In this document: one piece after another, positions 21,364 to 34,461 of the stretch | Layout of the letters: each line of letters opens with the position of its first letter | Numbering within the stretch: position 1 is the first letter of the stretch | Assembly (NCBI RefSeq): GCF_018350175.1 | Contig: NC_058370.1 | Coordinates: forward strand, 135,966,001 to 136,030,000 | From: Felis catus | Taxonomy: Eukaryota | Direction: 5' to 3' | DNA length: 64,000 bases | Position numbers and translations under genes: made by a program | Notes under the pieces: model-generated | Database searches by the model: none | The model's input: the letters and a program-made list of their open reading frames with translations, nothing else | What the model was told of the DNA's origin: nothing

Positions 21364-24300
21364 CTAGGTTGTACAGTTTTTAATAATTCAAGTAACACAT
21401 TTCGTAATATAACCGGTATGGCAACACTGACTTGTCCAGAGGAAATTAGCGATATGTTCTAAAAGTGTAATTCTCTTCCCATTATTGTTTAATTCTCACT
21501 TGTGGTGTCAAGGTCTTATATTGGCTGTGGTTCATTCAAACTCGAGGACACGGTGATTTGTGTTAGTGACACGTGTCATTCAACTCTCTGCTTGTCACGG
21601 GACCTACCTGTGCAGCCAGAGGAACACCTGAATCCTTGTGAGAGGATTGAACCAGTTATGCTGAACCACAAGGGGGAGGTGTCTGACCTTAACTGTGAAA
21701 GGTGGACTCTAATCCCTTGACCCTTAACTAAAAGACAAGTGGAAGACAAAGCACGCCCAGCCGGCTTGCTAGCCTGGGTTAACATTTACCAGTTTTTTCT
21801 CTCCCCCCCTCTGAATCGCAGGCACTAATTTGCTGAAATAATTGAACGGGCTGCAGTGACTGCAGGACATATTTTGAAATGTAGACCAGATCATCTGTTG
21901 CCTCGGTCAGTGTGACGCCTGCCAATCTGAAGGACATGGAAGGGAGACGTGACGGGCTATGGGTGTGAATATGTCTACTTAATACCTTTCAGCTGCCATT
22001 TTACTCTTATCTTCTCCAAATACCTGGACGAATGCAAAGAAAACACGGAGCTGAGTCAAAAGTGCAGAATTATTAATCAAGCCTTGCAAACAAACGAGCT
22101 GCTTGGCCCCTTTGGTGGGCGGAATTCTCAGAATTGTAGAAATGAAAAATCGTGGTGAAACAGGGGGCGTTTGATTCTTGTCTGGCTGAGTTTATCTCAA
22201 CCCCGTGTTTACTCTTCGTTACCTTTGAGCAAAAGACACAATTGCCTTGGAAGAGTACAGCCGTTCCATCATGTGAGAGGCTCCTCCGTGCTGATACCGT
22301 CCATTAATCAAAGGCTGGGACGCCAGGCTTGGCTCACCGGGGCCGGGTAGGTGGAGGCCACCTACGTTCGGCACGCTAACGATGACAGACTCTCCTACTA
22401 TGCCCGTCAGGGTGACTTTCCCTAATCCGTCCTAAGCTGTGGTGACACTTGGAGCGTGTGGTGACAGCTGTGAAGTCAGACGCTGCCTCCCGCTCCGAGG
22501 GGCTTGGCGACTCTGTTTCGCGTCACAGGAGGGCCGTGGGATGTGGGAGAGTGGGAGCCTCAGAGGAGAGAGAGACAAGCCCTTGTGCGCGTCGGAGATG
22601 ACAAGGTACACACGACCCCCTCAGAGACTTTCACGAGCAGGAGCACCACAACAGGCCGGTCCCCTTGTCTCAGCATCAAGTCCTAGTGCCAGACCCACCC
22701 CAGAGTCTCAAGGACAGTCAACAGCAAGCCAACCACAAACTTGAGCTAGTCTTCTATTTCAGCAGACGCGTCACCAAGTGCGTTCTTTCCAGAGTGGCTG
22801 CCGTGCGGTCCCGAGACGTGTTCCAGAACGTTTCCTACCATGGGCGGCAACTGGATCCGGTTTTTCCGTTGCCTGGTGCTTCAGGGCACGGGTGTCTTCA
22901 CAGACCACTTGGCCAGGAGCACAAATGGTCCAGGGGAGACCCTTTGTCCGATGGGCCAGCGAAAGCAGACGGTGACCCGGGTGTGAGCGCACCAAACTCA
23001 CCCTGAGCTTGTGTGTTCGCGGGTTTCCCACAGCCCCCTTGGTCAGGAAAATCTTCCCTCCCGCCTTTTAGTAAAAAAAAAAAAAAAAAAAAGCAAATAA
23101 TTGTTTTGGGGGGCCTGAGGGGCCCGAGGGGGCGGCCCCCTCAGCACGCGTGGTTGCAGCTGGGGGCGATGCATTAGGTGCCCTTAGCAGGATGGACACT
23201 GTCGAGGTCCTGACAGCCCGGTGACGATTTGTTTGTGTTGGAGCAACCGGTGAGTTGGCCGTTAGCCGCTGAGTAATCGCTCCTGTCAGCCTGTTAAGCA
23301 TTAGAAACAAACGCGCTGGAGAAAAGCCATGCCTCCTTTTTGAGATAGGGAGTCATTCTGGGGACTTTTTTTCCGGACGTATGGTGGCTGGTGCTCCTGG
23401 TGGCTGCGTGTGCCTCGCATCCTGCACACGTGAGCCTGGACGGGACAGACCGTGAACTCCTGACCCGGGAGCCAGGCCGCCTTCGGCCTGGTCTCTAGGT
23501 GGTCGGATTTCTGGTCGCTGATGTCCCAGCGCGGCCGACCGTGTTCTTCCTGGGCGCTGCTCTGGTGATTCCAGTCATGAAAGTCTCCAAAGGGGAGGGG
23601 ACCAGGGAGCCATTGAATGCCACGGAGAGTATTGGGTCAGATCCTCCACTCTCCCAGCACCGGGCACTCAGCTGGGGAGACGGCCTCTGCTCTCTCCATC
23701 TCCTCGCCTTTCTTTGACCCTGTCCTTCCCCTTTGTGCCCTTTCAACCCTCCTTCCGTCCCCCCCCCACCCTCAGCTCAACTTCCTCCTTCCCCACATCC
23801 ACCCTAATGGCTCTGGGTGCTCTGATTTGAGCGTGTGCACCCGTCTCGGCGGCCTTCTAACCACCGGGGTGCCTTATGAGCCCCCCTCGTTCTGAATCAG
23901 CAGCACCTCCTGGTCACATGCAAGGTCATCGCCAAAATTAATGCAACCACGGGTCTACATTGTCGAAGGGACTCAGGGGAATCTCTCAACCACCCAAAGC
24001 GCGGAGGTCAGGCCGTGTTCCCGAAGGCCTGGTCTGCAGACACAATGAAGGGCGGCTGTCTTCCGTAGTCCCGCTGCGTTCTGGGCTTACGTTAGTCGAA
24101 ATCAATCCGTCGGTGATCCATCACGGGTGTGTTTATCCTTGTGACGCTGTGTGGAGTGGATGTTCACATCTCACACAGGAAGGTTATGGGTCAAAGGAGA
24201 GAATTGTCTCTATTCCAAACGGAAACCGGGTATTTGGTTGTGTGATGTGCTCTTCCCTCGCCTTCAAGAAAGGAGTCCACAAAGAAAGCCGTGTCTGTAC

Positions 24301-25171
24301 TTCCACGAGGAGACACTTGGCTCTCGATCAGGCTGGAGGGTTTCAAATACACTGCTGGCCGAGATTCCGTGACAGCCAGCCAGGGCCTACCTCTTGAATT
24401 TTATGGACTGTACACTTTCTAAAAGCTGTTTTTCTTTGTTGAAATGACTTTTAACCAAAACGTCGCTTTTAAAAGCCAGCTTCAATTATCAATCCATCAT
24501 CAAGTTCAAGCTGCAGATCCCAGAGTGCCGTTTCAGACACACTAAGATAAATACAATCACTTGGTGCTCATGGTGGGGCTCAAGGAAAAGTCAAACTGAG
24601 GGGATAAAAAGTCTCAAGACTGCATCCGTGAGATAAATTTCCAGCGAAAAGTCATGAATTCCACCAAGAACAATCTCAGGTTCCCATATCTGAGGGGATA
24701 TTAAGGGATTTTAAATAATCACGGAGTATTGGATGCACGCTGCACAGGAAGACATATAAAAATTGACGAGGGAAGATAAGAAAGTACTATCCGCAGAGTC
24801 TTGTAAATGCAACGCATCTAAGTTTTTCTAATGAAAGAGTGTTCAAGTGGCCAGTACGTCACAGAAAGGGGCTAACATATACAGGATTTTAAAGTCAAAC
24901 CAGTGAATGAGGTACAGTAATCTCTTCGGAGCAATCCAAATAGAAAATAGACCACAAGGTTGATTTTAGAACAGATGTATAAATGGAGATTCTAGCATCT
25001 GTAACCAAAAAAAAGGAGGCATTTATGTTGACACATGAGAGACAGTTCTTTAAAATAATCATAATCAGAAAATGCTACAAGATTCTAGAGTTCTCACAGC
25101 CTTGATTTTGACTTTCTGTACCTTCTAACTATAGATAACTTGTGACAGAAAATAATAATTTCTCATACTTT

Positions 25172-25621
25172 ATTATTTTTTCTCAAGTTTTTTTAATGTT
25201 TATTTATTTAAAAAATTTTTTTTTCAACGTTTATTTATTTTTGGGACAGAGAGAGACAGAGCATGAACGGGGGAGGGGCAGAGAGAGAGGGAGACACAGA
25301 ATCGGAACCAGGCTCCAGGCTCTGAGCCATCAGCCCAGAGCCCGACGCGGGGCTCGAACTCACGGACTGCGAGATCGTGACCTGGCTGAAGTCGGACGCT
25401 TAACCGACTGCGCCACCCAGGCGCCCCAATGTTTATTTATTTTTTGAGAGACAGGGAGACAGAGCATGAGCAGGGGAGGGGCAGAGAGATGGAGACACGG
25501 AATCCGAAGCCGGTTCCAGGCTCTGAGCTGTGGGCACAGAGCCAGACGCGGGGCTTGAAGTCACGAACCCTGAGATCATGACATGAGCTGAAGTCGGACA
25601 CCCAACTGACTCCAGGGGCCC
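25172..25621 (-). mobile_element. CanSINE (outer copy) with nested younger copy
   Basis: TSD TAATTTCTCATACTTTA at 25156 and 25623. Confidence 0.92.
25210..25427 (-). mobile_element. Very young felid CanSINE nested in the tail of the outer SINE
   Basis: CpGs intact, GACTGCGCCACCCAGGCGCCCC head; TSD AATGTTTATTTATTT at 25195 and 25428. Confidence 0.95.
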
Positions 25622-26608
25622 TTAATTTCTCATACTTTAGTCACTTATCTACTTAACTCATTATAAACAGAATCCTTTGTGTGGTGGCCGGTGCATGAGC
25701 ACAGCTGCCTTCATCCGGAATATGCGGAACTCAACGCTGTAACCTCAAATCACTCCTCCTGAAGAAACCCCTGTGCTCTCTATTCCTTTGTGCTGAAGCA
25801 GTGTTTCCAGAACACATCTCCTAGAGCAGAACTCTCCCTAGGCGCTTGGTATTCTTACCAAACTCTTTTGAGGATCTGTATTCTTCTTCTATTGCTCGCA
25901 ACCTGTATAATCTGATCCCTGGAAATGAGTTTCTGCAGGTAACCGGCCCTAAAATGTGGGCAGATTCTATAGGAAGAAGGTGGGGGAGGGGCAGTGAGGA
26001 ATCTGTTTTCCTGGATGGAGCTGTTGGCGATCGGCCCTGTGCCAGAGCAAGACAGCTGGCTAAACTATGATCGGTGATGACCACGGACACTTACACGTTA
26101 GGGCACAAGGATGGAAAAAAAACTCTGGGTTTTTTTTCCAGAGTTTTCCATGTTGGCTGCCTCTAACGCTCATCAATGAGAGCCTGTGTAAAGGGGTAAT
26201 CATAGGGAGGGGAAAAAGACAACAACAATATGATTTTTCAATATAAGAACATCTTTGGCTACGGATGACAATTCAAAATGTTGAAGTAGTTTTTATGGAA
26301 AACATTAACATAATAATAATGACCATCACAAGGTGAAGTCAGTGTCAGTTGACTACCTGTGTCAACCCCAGCTCTTCCCCAGTACCTTCCTACCCTCCTC
26401 CAGTTTAGGGTTCCCTGCCATATATATATTTTTTAAGTGTATCTATACTCCTTGTAGAGATGCATCTGAGATGTAGTCTGGGTTCCAGGGGTGTATTTTC
26501 CCACTTGAGGCCAGAGTTTTCAAAGTGGTTAGAAGCAGAGGCCACATAAAATTGGCAAATACTATGTCAAGGCATCAAGAGATGGACGGTGAGCAGAGTA
26601 TTGTTCTT

Positions 26609-26830
26609 TTTAAAAATATATATATATTTAATGTTTATTTTTGTGAGAGACAGAGAGAGAGAGTGAGAGCGGGAGAGGGGCAGAGAGAGAGGGAGACACA
26701 GAATCCGAGGCAGGCCCCAGGCTCTGAGCCATCAGCACAGAGCCCCATGCAGGGCTCGAAGCCACAAACCGTGACATCATGACGTGAGCCAATGTTGGAT
26801 GCTTAACCGACGGAGCCCCCCAGGCACCCC
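26609..26830 (-). mobile_element. CanSINE
   Basis: TSD AGAGTATTGTTCTT at 26595 and 26831. Confidence 0.93.
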
Positions 26831-28577
26831 AGAGTATTGTTCTTAATATACAGAAATGTCCACCCTCAAAAACTTGATCAGGCAATATCTTAGTGCTGGG
26901 CCATGGAATTGACAGAGTATAGTGGACCAGAAATCCGCCAACCCTTTAAAGGAGATCTGCTGCCATAGCAACAAGAAGCATGGCTCCAAAGACCCTGTGA
27001 CTGTTCGTCTCTAAGACAACCACGCGGCCTGCAAAACTGCAACTATGGGGAACCCTGCCTCCCAAACACCTGCAGTTGCTATCAAAGATTTGGCCATGGA
27101 AGCCATGGAAAAGAGAGATGATCTCTGGAAGCCGACCAAGGGCTTTCTAACCAGGCACCGAAGATCCTGCTAGAATCACCCGATAGTACATGCCGAGTGT
27201 GATGGTTCAGTGGCCATAGAGGGATGATTCCCTTCGTTCCTCCTTACAAATGGGAGGTTTGGGGTTGTTTTTAGAGTTATCCTGCTACTTCCCTACCATG
27301 TACGTGCCATGTCTCAGTGAAACTTAATTCATCGTAATCAACTACGGGGTCTCCAGGCATTTGGACCCGACACAGGACAAAGCACATCGCTGAGCAGGCC
27401 TAGACTCGGCACCGAACAGAGTGAGGAAGATTTTGCCTTGTCCAATTTTTGGAAAGAGGTCAGTATAGTTTTATAAGGGGTGCGTGCAAAGTAACGTGTG
27501 TGCGAATGCTGAATAAATACTGGGATAGACTTTATGGGTATTGTCAGCCACTGATGCAGCAACCGCTTTCTCTTTCCTCCATCCAATCAGCATCTTGACT
27601 TGTTTTCAGTGTCCACTCATGTCTCAAAGACCCCATATGCCCCCCAAGCAAGATGAATCCACACAGTCCCAGGAATGAGCTTGATTGCTGTAAGGGCACT
27701 TCTGCTTCCTTATCAGTAAGAGGAACAGGTCCAGGACCCAGTTCCCACCAGCGAGGACAATTAGGAATTTTTAGGAGGTGCTTCTGGGGTGTCTCTCCCT
27801 ATCTTATTAAGAATTCCTGCAAGCGACCTCAGTTTCTCCTGGTGTCCTGCTAAGTGCTACGTGCTAAGGACTGCTTCAGCTGTCTTGCTACCAGCCTCTC
27901 GAGAAAGCTGGCCTCCGGAGAGGGACAAAGATAAGAGAATCTTGAGCCAGATTTACTAGATCAAGTCAGTATTGAAACCCAGCCTCATATTTTCCGTTTC
28001 TTTTGGCAAAAGCCCGTTAGAGTTGCTTTTGCTGTTATGTGGAGACAGAGCATTGCAAGCAGTATGGCTTTGGTGAAGGAGCTGTCCCTGTTGGAGCCAT
28101 GGGCACCCAGGAGGAGAAGAGGGGAGGGGAAGAAGAGAACTGCCAGAGCCGAAGGAGCCCCCGGAAGACAGAGGAGGCAAGATGGGGGAGGGGTGCGCAG
28201 TCGGCCCGCTTAACATCGGTCCTTGTGCAAAGTAGCACGATTGTAGAATCACAGAATGTCAGCATGAAAAGCTACTAAAATGTGGTCTGTAAACTGGCAC
28301 TGGTTTAAAACAAGCACGGTAGTATGTTTTTGAAATCCATATGTTTCAAATATCTTTCATTCTATGTATGGCTTTTCTCTTTTTTTTTTTTTTTTAAATT
28401 AAAGATGCACATTCTTTCATCGAAGGACAGAAATTTTCAACGTTTGATTTCCTCATTTGGCAAGAGAGAAAGTTTAAGCTCACATCAGCTAGCTCCAAAT
28501 CTATTATTTAAAATTTTGCTGGTCTGGGAAACTCAGGATCTGGATATTATCAGAGTATTTCAATATCTTCTGCTAAT

Positions 28578-29008
28578 TGTGGTGGTTCATTCCATGTGTC
28601 AACTTAGCTAGGCTATGGTGCCCGGTTGTCTGCTCCAACACCAGCCTAGGTGTTGTTTGGGAGGTATTTCCAGATGCGATTAACATGCAAATCAGCAGGC
28701 ATTGAGTAAAGCCGAGTATACACTCCCTAATGTGGGTGGGCCTCATTCAATCCTTAAAGGCCTCCGAGAAAAGACTGAGCCCCCTCCCACCCCCCAAGAA
28801 GGACCCTTCTGCCTGCAGATGGCCTTCCTTACTCAAGACTGCAGAGTCAACGCCTACCAGAATTCCCAGCCTGCCAGTCTTCCCTGCAGACTTCAAACTT
28901 GCCAGCCCACACGATCACACAGAACAACCCTTAAAATAAATCTCTCTTTATATATATTCTCTTGCACATCCTGTTGGTTCTGTTTCTCTGGAGAAGTCTA
29001 CTAATACA
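28578..29008 (+). mobile_element. Complete MLT2 (D-like) ERVL solo LTR
   Basis: TGTGGTGGTTCATTCCATGTGTCAACTT…AATGTGGGTGGGCCTCATTCAATC…GGTTCTGTTTCTCTGGAGAA…CTAATACA; TG..CA ends; 5-bp TSD CTAAT/CTGAT. Confidence 0.9.
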
Positions 29009-29019
29009 CTGATTCTTGA

Positions 29020-29310
29020 ATATTCATTCCATTAACTAATGTTATTTAAGTCCTTGCCATGTGCAAGATAATGTGCTAAGACCGTCGGAATAGAAAGATG
29101 GCGTGCGTCGTAGTGGGACATCAATGGTGTCAACAAATATAGCATAATGTGATGGGAATGATAGGGAGCAAGCAGACAAAATTGCATTTAATGCAAGAAC
29201 AAAGGGGGCCAGAGAAGTCAAGAATGCTTTTTCAGAGGAGGTGACTTTGAGCGAGGCTTTGATGGATGAGAGGGTGTTTATCAGACAAGGAAGGAAAGAA
29301 AATGCTTCTC
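29020..29310 (-). mobile_element. L2 3' fragment
   Basis: ATTCATTC…TGTGCAAG…TGTGCTAAG…GAGGAGGTGACTTTGAGC. Confidence 0.65.
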
Positions 29311-29494
29311 AAGAATAAACACATATGTTAAACCTCTGTTGAAATATCTCCCATGTGATCAGACCTCACTAGCTGCTGTCACCCCGGTGACACATAGCTC
29401 CAATTACGAGAAAGTTCTTTCTCCGCTGAACTAAGGATCAACCCCCCTGTAACGTGTTCCAATTTGGTTTGGTCCTGTCTCAAGCGTTCCCTGG

Positions 29495-29655
29495 ACATGT
29501 GGCTTTGGGAAGGTCACCTCTTTCCTCTGAGAGTCACTGTCGCCATCTGTGATTGGGGATAATAATACTTACCTTTTGTGGCTATACTGAATGTCAGATG
29601 GTTCACTTAAAATATCTAGAACAGACTAAGTGTCTGATAAATGTTAGTTTATTTC
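29495..29655 (+). mobile_element. MIR
   Basis: CATCTGTGATTGGGGATAATAATACTTACC…ATAAATGTTAG. Confidence 0.6.
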
Positions 29656-30499
29656 ACTTCTCTCTGGTGCTCCTTCTGGAGTCAGACAGAGGAAATCTTC
29701 CAAATCTATAGACGAATCTGTCACAAAATGACATACTCATGAACGGAGATGGGCAAATTGGTTAAAACCCAATGTAACAGAACATCAATGACTTACATAA
29801 AATATAATTTGTATATGTAGAGTATAGAAATGAGTACAGTTAATGACATTTTTTCTGTCTGGAAACATTACCATCCAGGAGAGGAGCCTGGGTGACAGAA
29901 TGAATTACTATAAAATTACAAAATCATTAAAACAGACCAAAAAAAAAAAAAAAAAAGGACCTCATTTTCACATCTCAGTTCAATAACCGTTAACTGTTGC
30001 TAGATAATCTATTTTTCACTCAAAATCCAAACTACTTAGATTTAGAGCCCTCTTTATTTCATGCTGAGGAGGAAGAAACATGTTTCCTTCATCATACTCC
30101 CCAAACTCTTCATTTTAGAAAAAAATGATTTTTTTTAAATATTAGCCATCAATTATTGTAAAAGTCATGCAATCCTTACTGTTTCTCTAAATTTTATAAG
30201 ACTGAATTACCACGAGCAGGTAAAAGAGAGTAAGAGAGGAACTTCATTCTACTGAGTACTGTGCACATTTCTGGACAGCACTCTGTAGAATTGGTCATCT
30301 TCCCTTCTCTTACCAGCTTGAGGCATCAGCAAACACATGAGCCAAGGATAGGTTTCTTCTCCACCATTTCACTTTCTTTATCAGAATGCTTTCCTTGCGG
30401 AGGCCCTTGCCTGGTGGTCTCAGGGGCAAGGTCTCCTGAAGGCGTTGGAAGGCAACCAAGGTCAATTCTGCCCGGACTGCGGCGTTGGGACCAACGGGG

Positions 30500-30632
30500 G
30501 GAGCCCGTGAGCGCTGACACCCAGGTTCCCCTCCAGAGCGTGTATGTATTCGCTCAGCACTGGGGCCCTGCCCGGGTATTTTAAAACCTCCCTAGATGGT
30601 TTCATCATGTGGCTGAGGTTAAGAAACTCTAT
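30500..30632. mobile_element. MER5-like hAT-Charlie MITE fragment
   Basis: GTATTTTAAAACCTCCCTAGATGGTTTC…GGTTAAGAAACTCT. Confidence 0.5.
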
Positions 30633-31298
30633 GTTAGCTGATAAGACATAGGCAGGTAGGAAAACCAAGAAACAGTAAAGGAAAACTAAAAAGAGATTGC
30701 CTGAACTTTAACAGGGTGCTGTTGAAAATGATGGGCTTTTGTTTGATCTTTTCCACTTACCCACCGTCCGCACGCCTGGGGTCAGCTACATGAACCTTCT
30801 GGGATCTGGGGTGTATAATTTCCCAAAGCCCTCTTGTGTTTTGCCTAAACCCAGAGGACTCTGTTCTTTGACCAAAGCTTCGGCGAGCACATCCCATCCG
30901 AACAGCTTCCCCATGGGTGTAGCCTACTCCTGGGACCCACGGGGTCCTCAATAAATGGGAATATTTGAATTTTTGAATAGTTGAATACTTCCCCAGGGAA
31001 TATTTTAATTTTGCTTGCTCTTGATCAAATCTTCAACGTGTCTTAAAATTGAGCCACCTTATTTATCGATTGAAAACACACAAACAGAGCAGACTTAAAT
31101 TTCACTGGGCCCTCGTATCCATTCCCTGAGTTTGAATTATAGCTCAAGTCTCATATATGTATAGAAGATCCCCCAGGAATCTTCAGCAAATTGCTGTTCG
31201 TTTGTGTTTTCAAATCATACAACTTCTATCTCTTCCAATGCCCCCAATGCCTTCCTTAAGGTTTCTTTTTATCCTTCCCTGGGCAAAGGAGAATGTTT

Positions 31299-31711
31299 AA
31301 AAGGCCCTTGTCCACAGGGGATCAGTTCCAAGACCCCCAGTGGATGCCTGAAATCATGGATAATACCAAACTCTATATATACTATGTTTTTCCTGTGATA
31401 GAGTTTAATTTATAAATTGGGCCCAGTAGGAGATTAACAACGATAACTAGGAATAAAATAGGACAAGTACGGCCATATACTGCGATGAAAGTTACACAAA
31501 CATGGGTCCTCCTCAAAATATCCGATGGTACCTTACTCGCGCTGCTTATGCTGGTGATGTGAGGTGGTAAAATGCCTTCACGGGTGAGGTGAGGTGGCTT
31601 GAATGACGTGGGCGTAGGCCAGCGCATCAAGCTGCTATTGGTCTGATGATGAGCTGGCTTTGGACCCTGCTTGACCGTGGGTGACCGAAACCGCAGATAG
31701 GGGGCGCTATT
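31299..31711. mobile_element. MER44 (B-like; TcMar-Tigger7 derivative)
   Basis: GTTCCAAGACCCCCAGTGGATGCCTGAAA…AGTTTAATTTATAAATT…GAGATTAACAAC…GAAACCGCAGATAGGGGG. Confidence 0.85.
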
Positions 31712-31778
31712 TAAGTGTGTTCTGCAATAGAGATTCCCATTTGACTTTTTAAGACTCTTTTAAAACTGGAGCTTCGCT

Positions 31779-31935
31779 GGGGCGCCCCGGGGGCTCAGTC
31801 GGTTGAGCCCCGGCTCAGGTCATGATCTCGCGGTCCGTGAGTTTGAGCCCCGGGTTGGGCTCTGTGCTGACAGCTTGGAGCCTGCTTCGGATTCTGCGCC
31901 TCCCTCTCTCTCTCTCTGCCCCTCCCCCGCTCATG

Positions 31936-31977
<42 letters not shown>

Positions 31978-32010
31978 GTCAAAAATAAATAAATATTAAC
32001 AAAAAAAATC
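31779..32010 (+). mobile_element. CanSINE
   Basis: GGGGCGCCCCGGGGGCTCAGTCGG head, (CT)n, A tail; degenerate TSD TTAAA(A/G)CTG(G/A)AGC. Confidence 0.92.
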
Positions 32011-32355
32011 TTAAAGCTGAAGCCTATGAGTACTTCTCACGGATGACCATGGCAGATTTGCATTGTTTTGCAGGGTTTAGTTAGTTTCCAAATCATAGAT
32101 ACACACGTTTTACTCAAGTGACTGTTAAAGAAAATAAATCCTAGGGCCTGTCTAGACCAATAATGAACATTGAAGTCTTTCTTTCTGTTATCCAACTGTT
32201 TCAAAACTCTTAACATATTCATTTGGAAACACTTTATTATTATTATTATTATTTTTTTTTCATTTGGGTCTGCAAAGCACATTACTTTGAATCTCAGAAT
32301 ACACACCTGGTCAAACCTTTCATTGCTAAAATCTTCCTTTATAATGGAAACCGGT

Positions 32356-32579
32356 TTTTTTTCTTTTTAATTTTTTTAATGTTTATTTTTTTTCAGAGAG
32401 ACAGAGACAGAGCGTGAGCGGGGGACGGGCAGAGAGAGAGGGAGACACAGAATCCGAAACAGGCTCCAGGCTCTGCACTGTCAGCACAGAGCCCGACAGG
32501 GGGCCGGAACCCACAAACCACAAAATCATGACCTGAGCCGAAGTCAGATGCCCAACCGACTGAGCCACCCAGGCACCCC
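32356..32579 (-). mobile_element. CanSINE
   Basis: Full body; short TSD AAACCG. Confidence 0.92.
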
Positions 32580-34094
32580 AAAACCGTATTTATAAGGCAG
32601 TTGGTTATAGAATTCTGTGTCGTCCTTTAGGAACATAGCACAATAAAAGAAAACAAAACTTTCCCAATCCCCCAAACTCCAAATATCCATGGAGATTCCC
32701 TCAGAGAACGTTAGTCTCCTGGAAATGATCTACCACGCTAACTAATCTTTTCAAGATTATTCATGAATTTGCTCCGACAGAATGGATTATCGGTAACCGA
32801 AGAGCAGTACTCTGTTTCATGAGCATCTACCAGTCTATGCTGCTTACCTGGGATCCTGGGCAGATATCCAGATATCATACCCTGTATGTTGAAACATCGC
32901 TCCGTGGGTTCTAGTGTGGCACTCTGTCTTCAAACATTTCATTTGGTTTTTAGAATTTTTAACTCTTCCTCTCCTTTCCATAGCAGCGCGAATGAGTATT
33001 TACACTCAGCGAGCTAAATAAGGACAACACATAGCCTCAGGTTCGTTGAGAACAAGAATGTCTGCCAGATGAGTTACAGGAAGTTTTTGAAGGTTTCAGA
33101 CCTTTTGAAGTTAGGACCACTGATAAGAAACAGTGGGACCTATCCATCCTACCTCAGGATGTCTCTGAAACAGAGGTGGGCCCTACCATGCAGTGGTCTC
33201 AGCCCTGCCTGGGGCAGTGAATCCTGAGCCAGAGATGAACATTGGGATCACCCTTGGACCTTCTTCCCACTACCTATGCCCGGGCATCACTCCAAAATTA
33301 CTGAACCAGAAATCCTGAAGAATGGACTTTGGAATGCGGAGAAAAACATACGGGTGGTTCCGACGTGCACCTGTGAAGCTGGTGCCTATGGTTTCCAAGT
33401 ACAACAAACCTGGGTCTCAGCTGAGGTGAGTAGATTGGGCTCGAGAAATCGTAGTGTGGAGCCTTACAAGCTTCACTTACACACAAGTATCATTTGTAAA
33501 CACCGTGTATTATTAAGAATTTCCAGCATTTTTAGGGAGCCTGTTTATTTGAAGAAATCATTATAATGCACACGTTCAGGTGTTTGTTTGGGGAAAAAAG
33601 AACCAACTGAAATGTAGACGGAGACGACCATAAGTAAGTTCAACCACCCAGAAGACAGCAGCGCCCTGATCAGCAGCTAAGTTGTTCGTTTTCTCTATTA
33701 GAACTATTAGTAATAATAACAATGAAAAGTAAAATAATCATAATAATAATAATTGGGACTTAAAGTATAATTAGACAACCCTAAATTGAATCACCTGAGG
33801 GAATGATTAGTATGCAATTATAATGTTCCATATGTTAGTGACATGTCTTTTTGGTAGGAGAAATCAGGACGAGAGCAAGCCATTTGAAAATGATAATCCA
33901 GAGAAAGCAAGTATGAAATGGTGTCGTGACCTCTATACGGGATTGTGAAAGTCTGAGAGTGTGGTCACGGGGAAGAAGAGAATAACCCTCGATAAATGTT
34001 TAGGGAGCAAACTCATGAGGAACAGCTGACTTCAGCCCCTGGATCGGGAGATGATGCAGAGTACTGGCCAAAATGGGGTGACCCTCGACTCAGA

Positions 34095-34244
34095 TAGTAT
34101 GGGCTCAACTCTTGAGTCTATAATATCCCTGTGCAATCTTAGAAAAGTCAACCGATTACTCTAAACCTCTGTTTTCTCTCTGTAAACTGGTGATGGTAAT
34201 AGTTATCGCACAGAGCTGCTTTGACACATTAATAAAAATGTACA
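34095..34244 (+). mobile_element. MIR fragment
   Basis: CTCTAAACCTCTGTTTTCTCTCTGTAAACTGGTGATGGTAATAG. Confidence 0.55.
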
Positions 34245-34461
34245 GGGGCGCCTGGGTGGCGCAGTCGGTTAAGCATCCGACTTCAGCCAGGTCACGATCT
34301 CGCGGTCCGTGAGTTCGAGCCCCGCGTCAGGCTCTGGGCTGATGGCTCAGAGCCTGGAGCCTGTTTCAGATTCTGTGTCTCCCTCTCTTTCTGCCCCTCC
34401 CCCGTTCATGCTCTGTCTCTCTCTGTCCCAAAAATAAATAAATGTTGAAAAAAAATTTTAA
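34245..34461 (+). mobile_element. Very young felid CanSINE
   Basis: GGGGCGCCTGGGTGGCGCAGTCGG…CAGCCAGGTCACGATCTCGCGG; TSD AAAAATGTACA at 34234 and 34462. Confidence 0.96.

Noticed and set aside
31691-31709. CTCF site CCGCAGATAGGGGGCGCTA
   Set aside because: Only the right half matches and key core Cs are missing; it derives from the MER44 terminal repeat.
33190-33400. Possible MER5/Charlie-type MITE
   Set aside because: Only weak terminal resemblance (CAGTGGTCTCA); too diverged to call.
34245-34330. tRNA gene
   Set aside because: The tRNA-like head with A/B boxes belongs to a CanSINE (CT tract, A-tail, TSD); the same applies to all other SINE heads.
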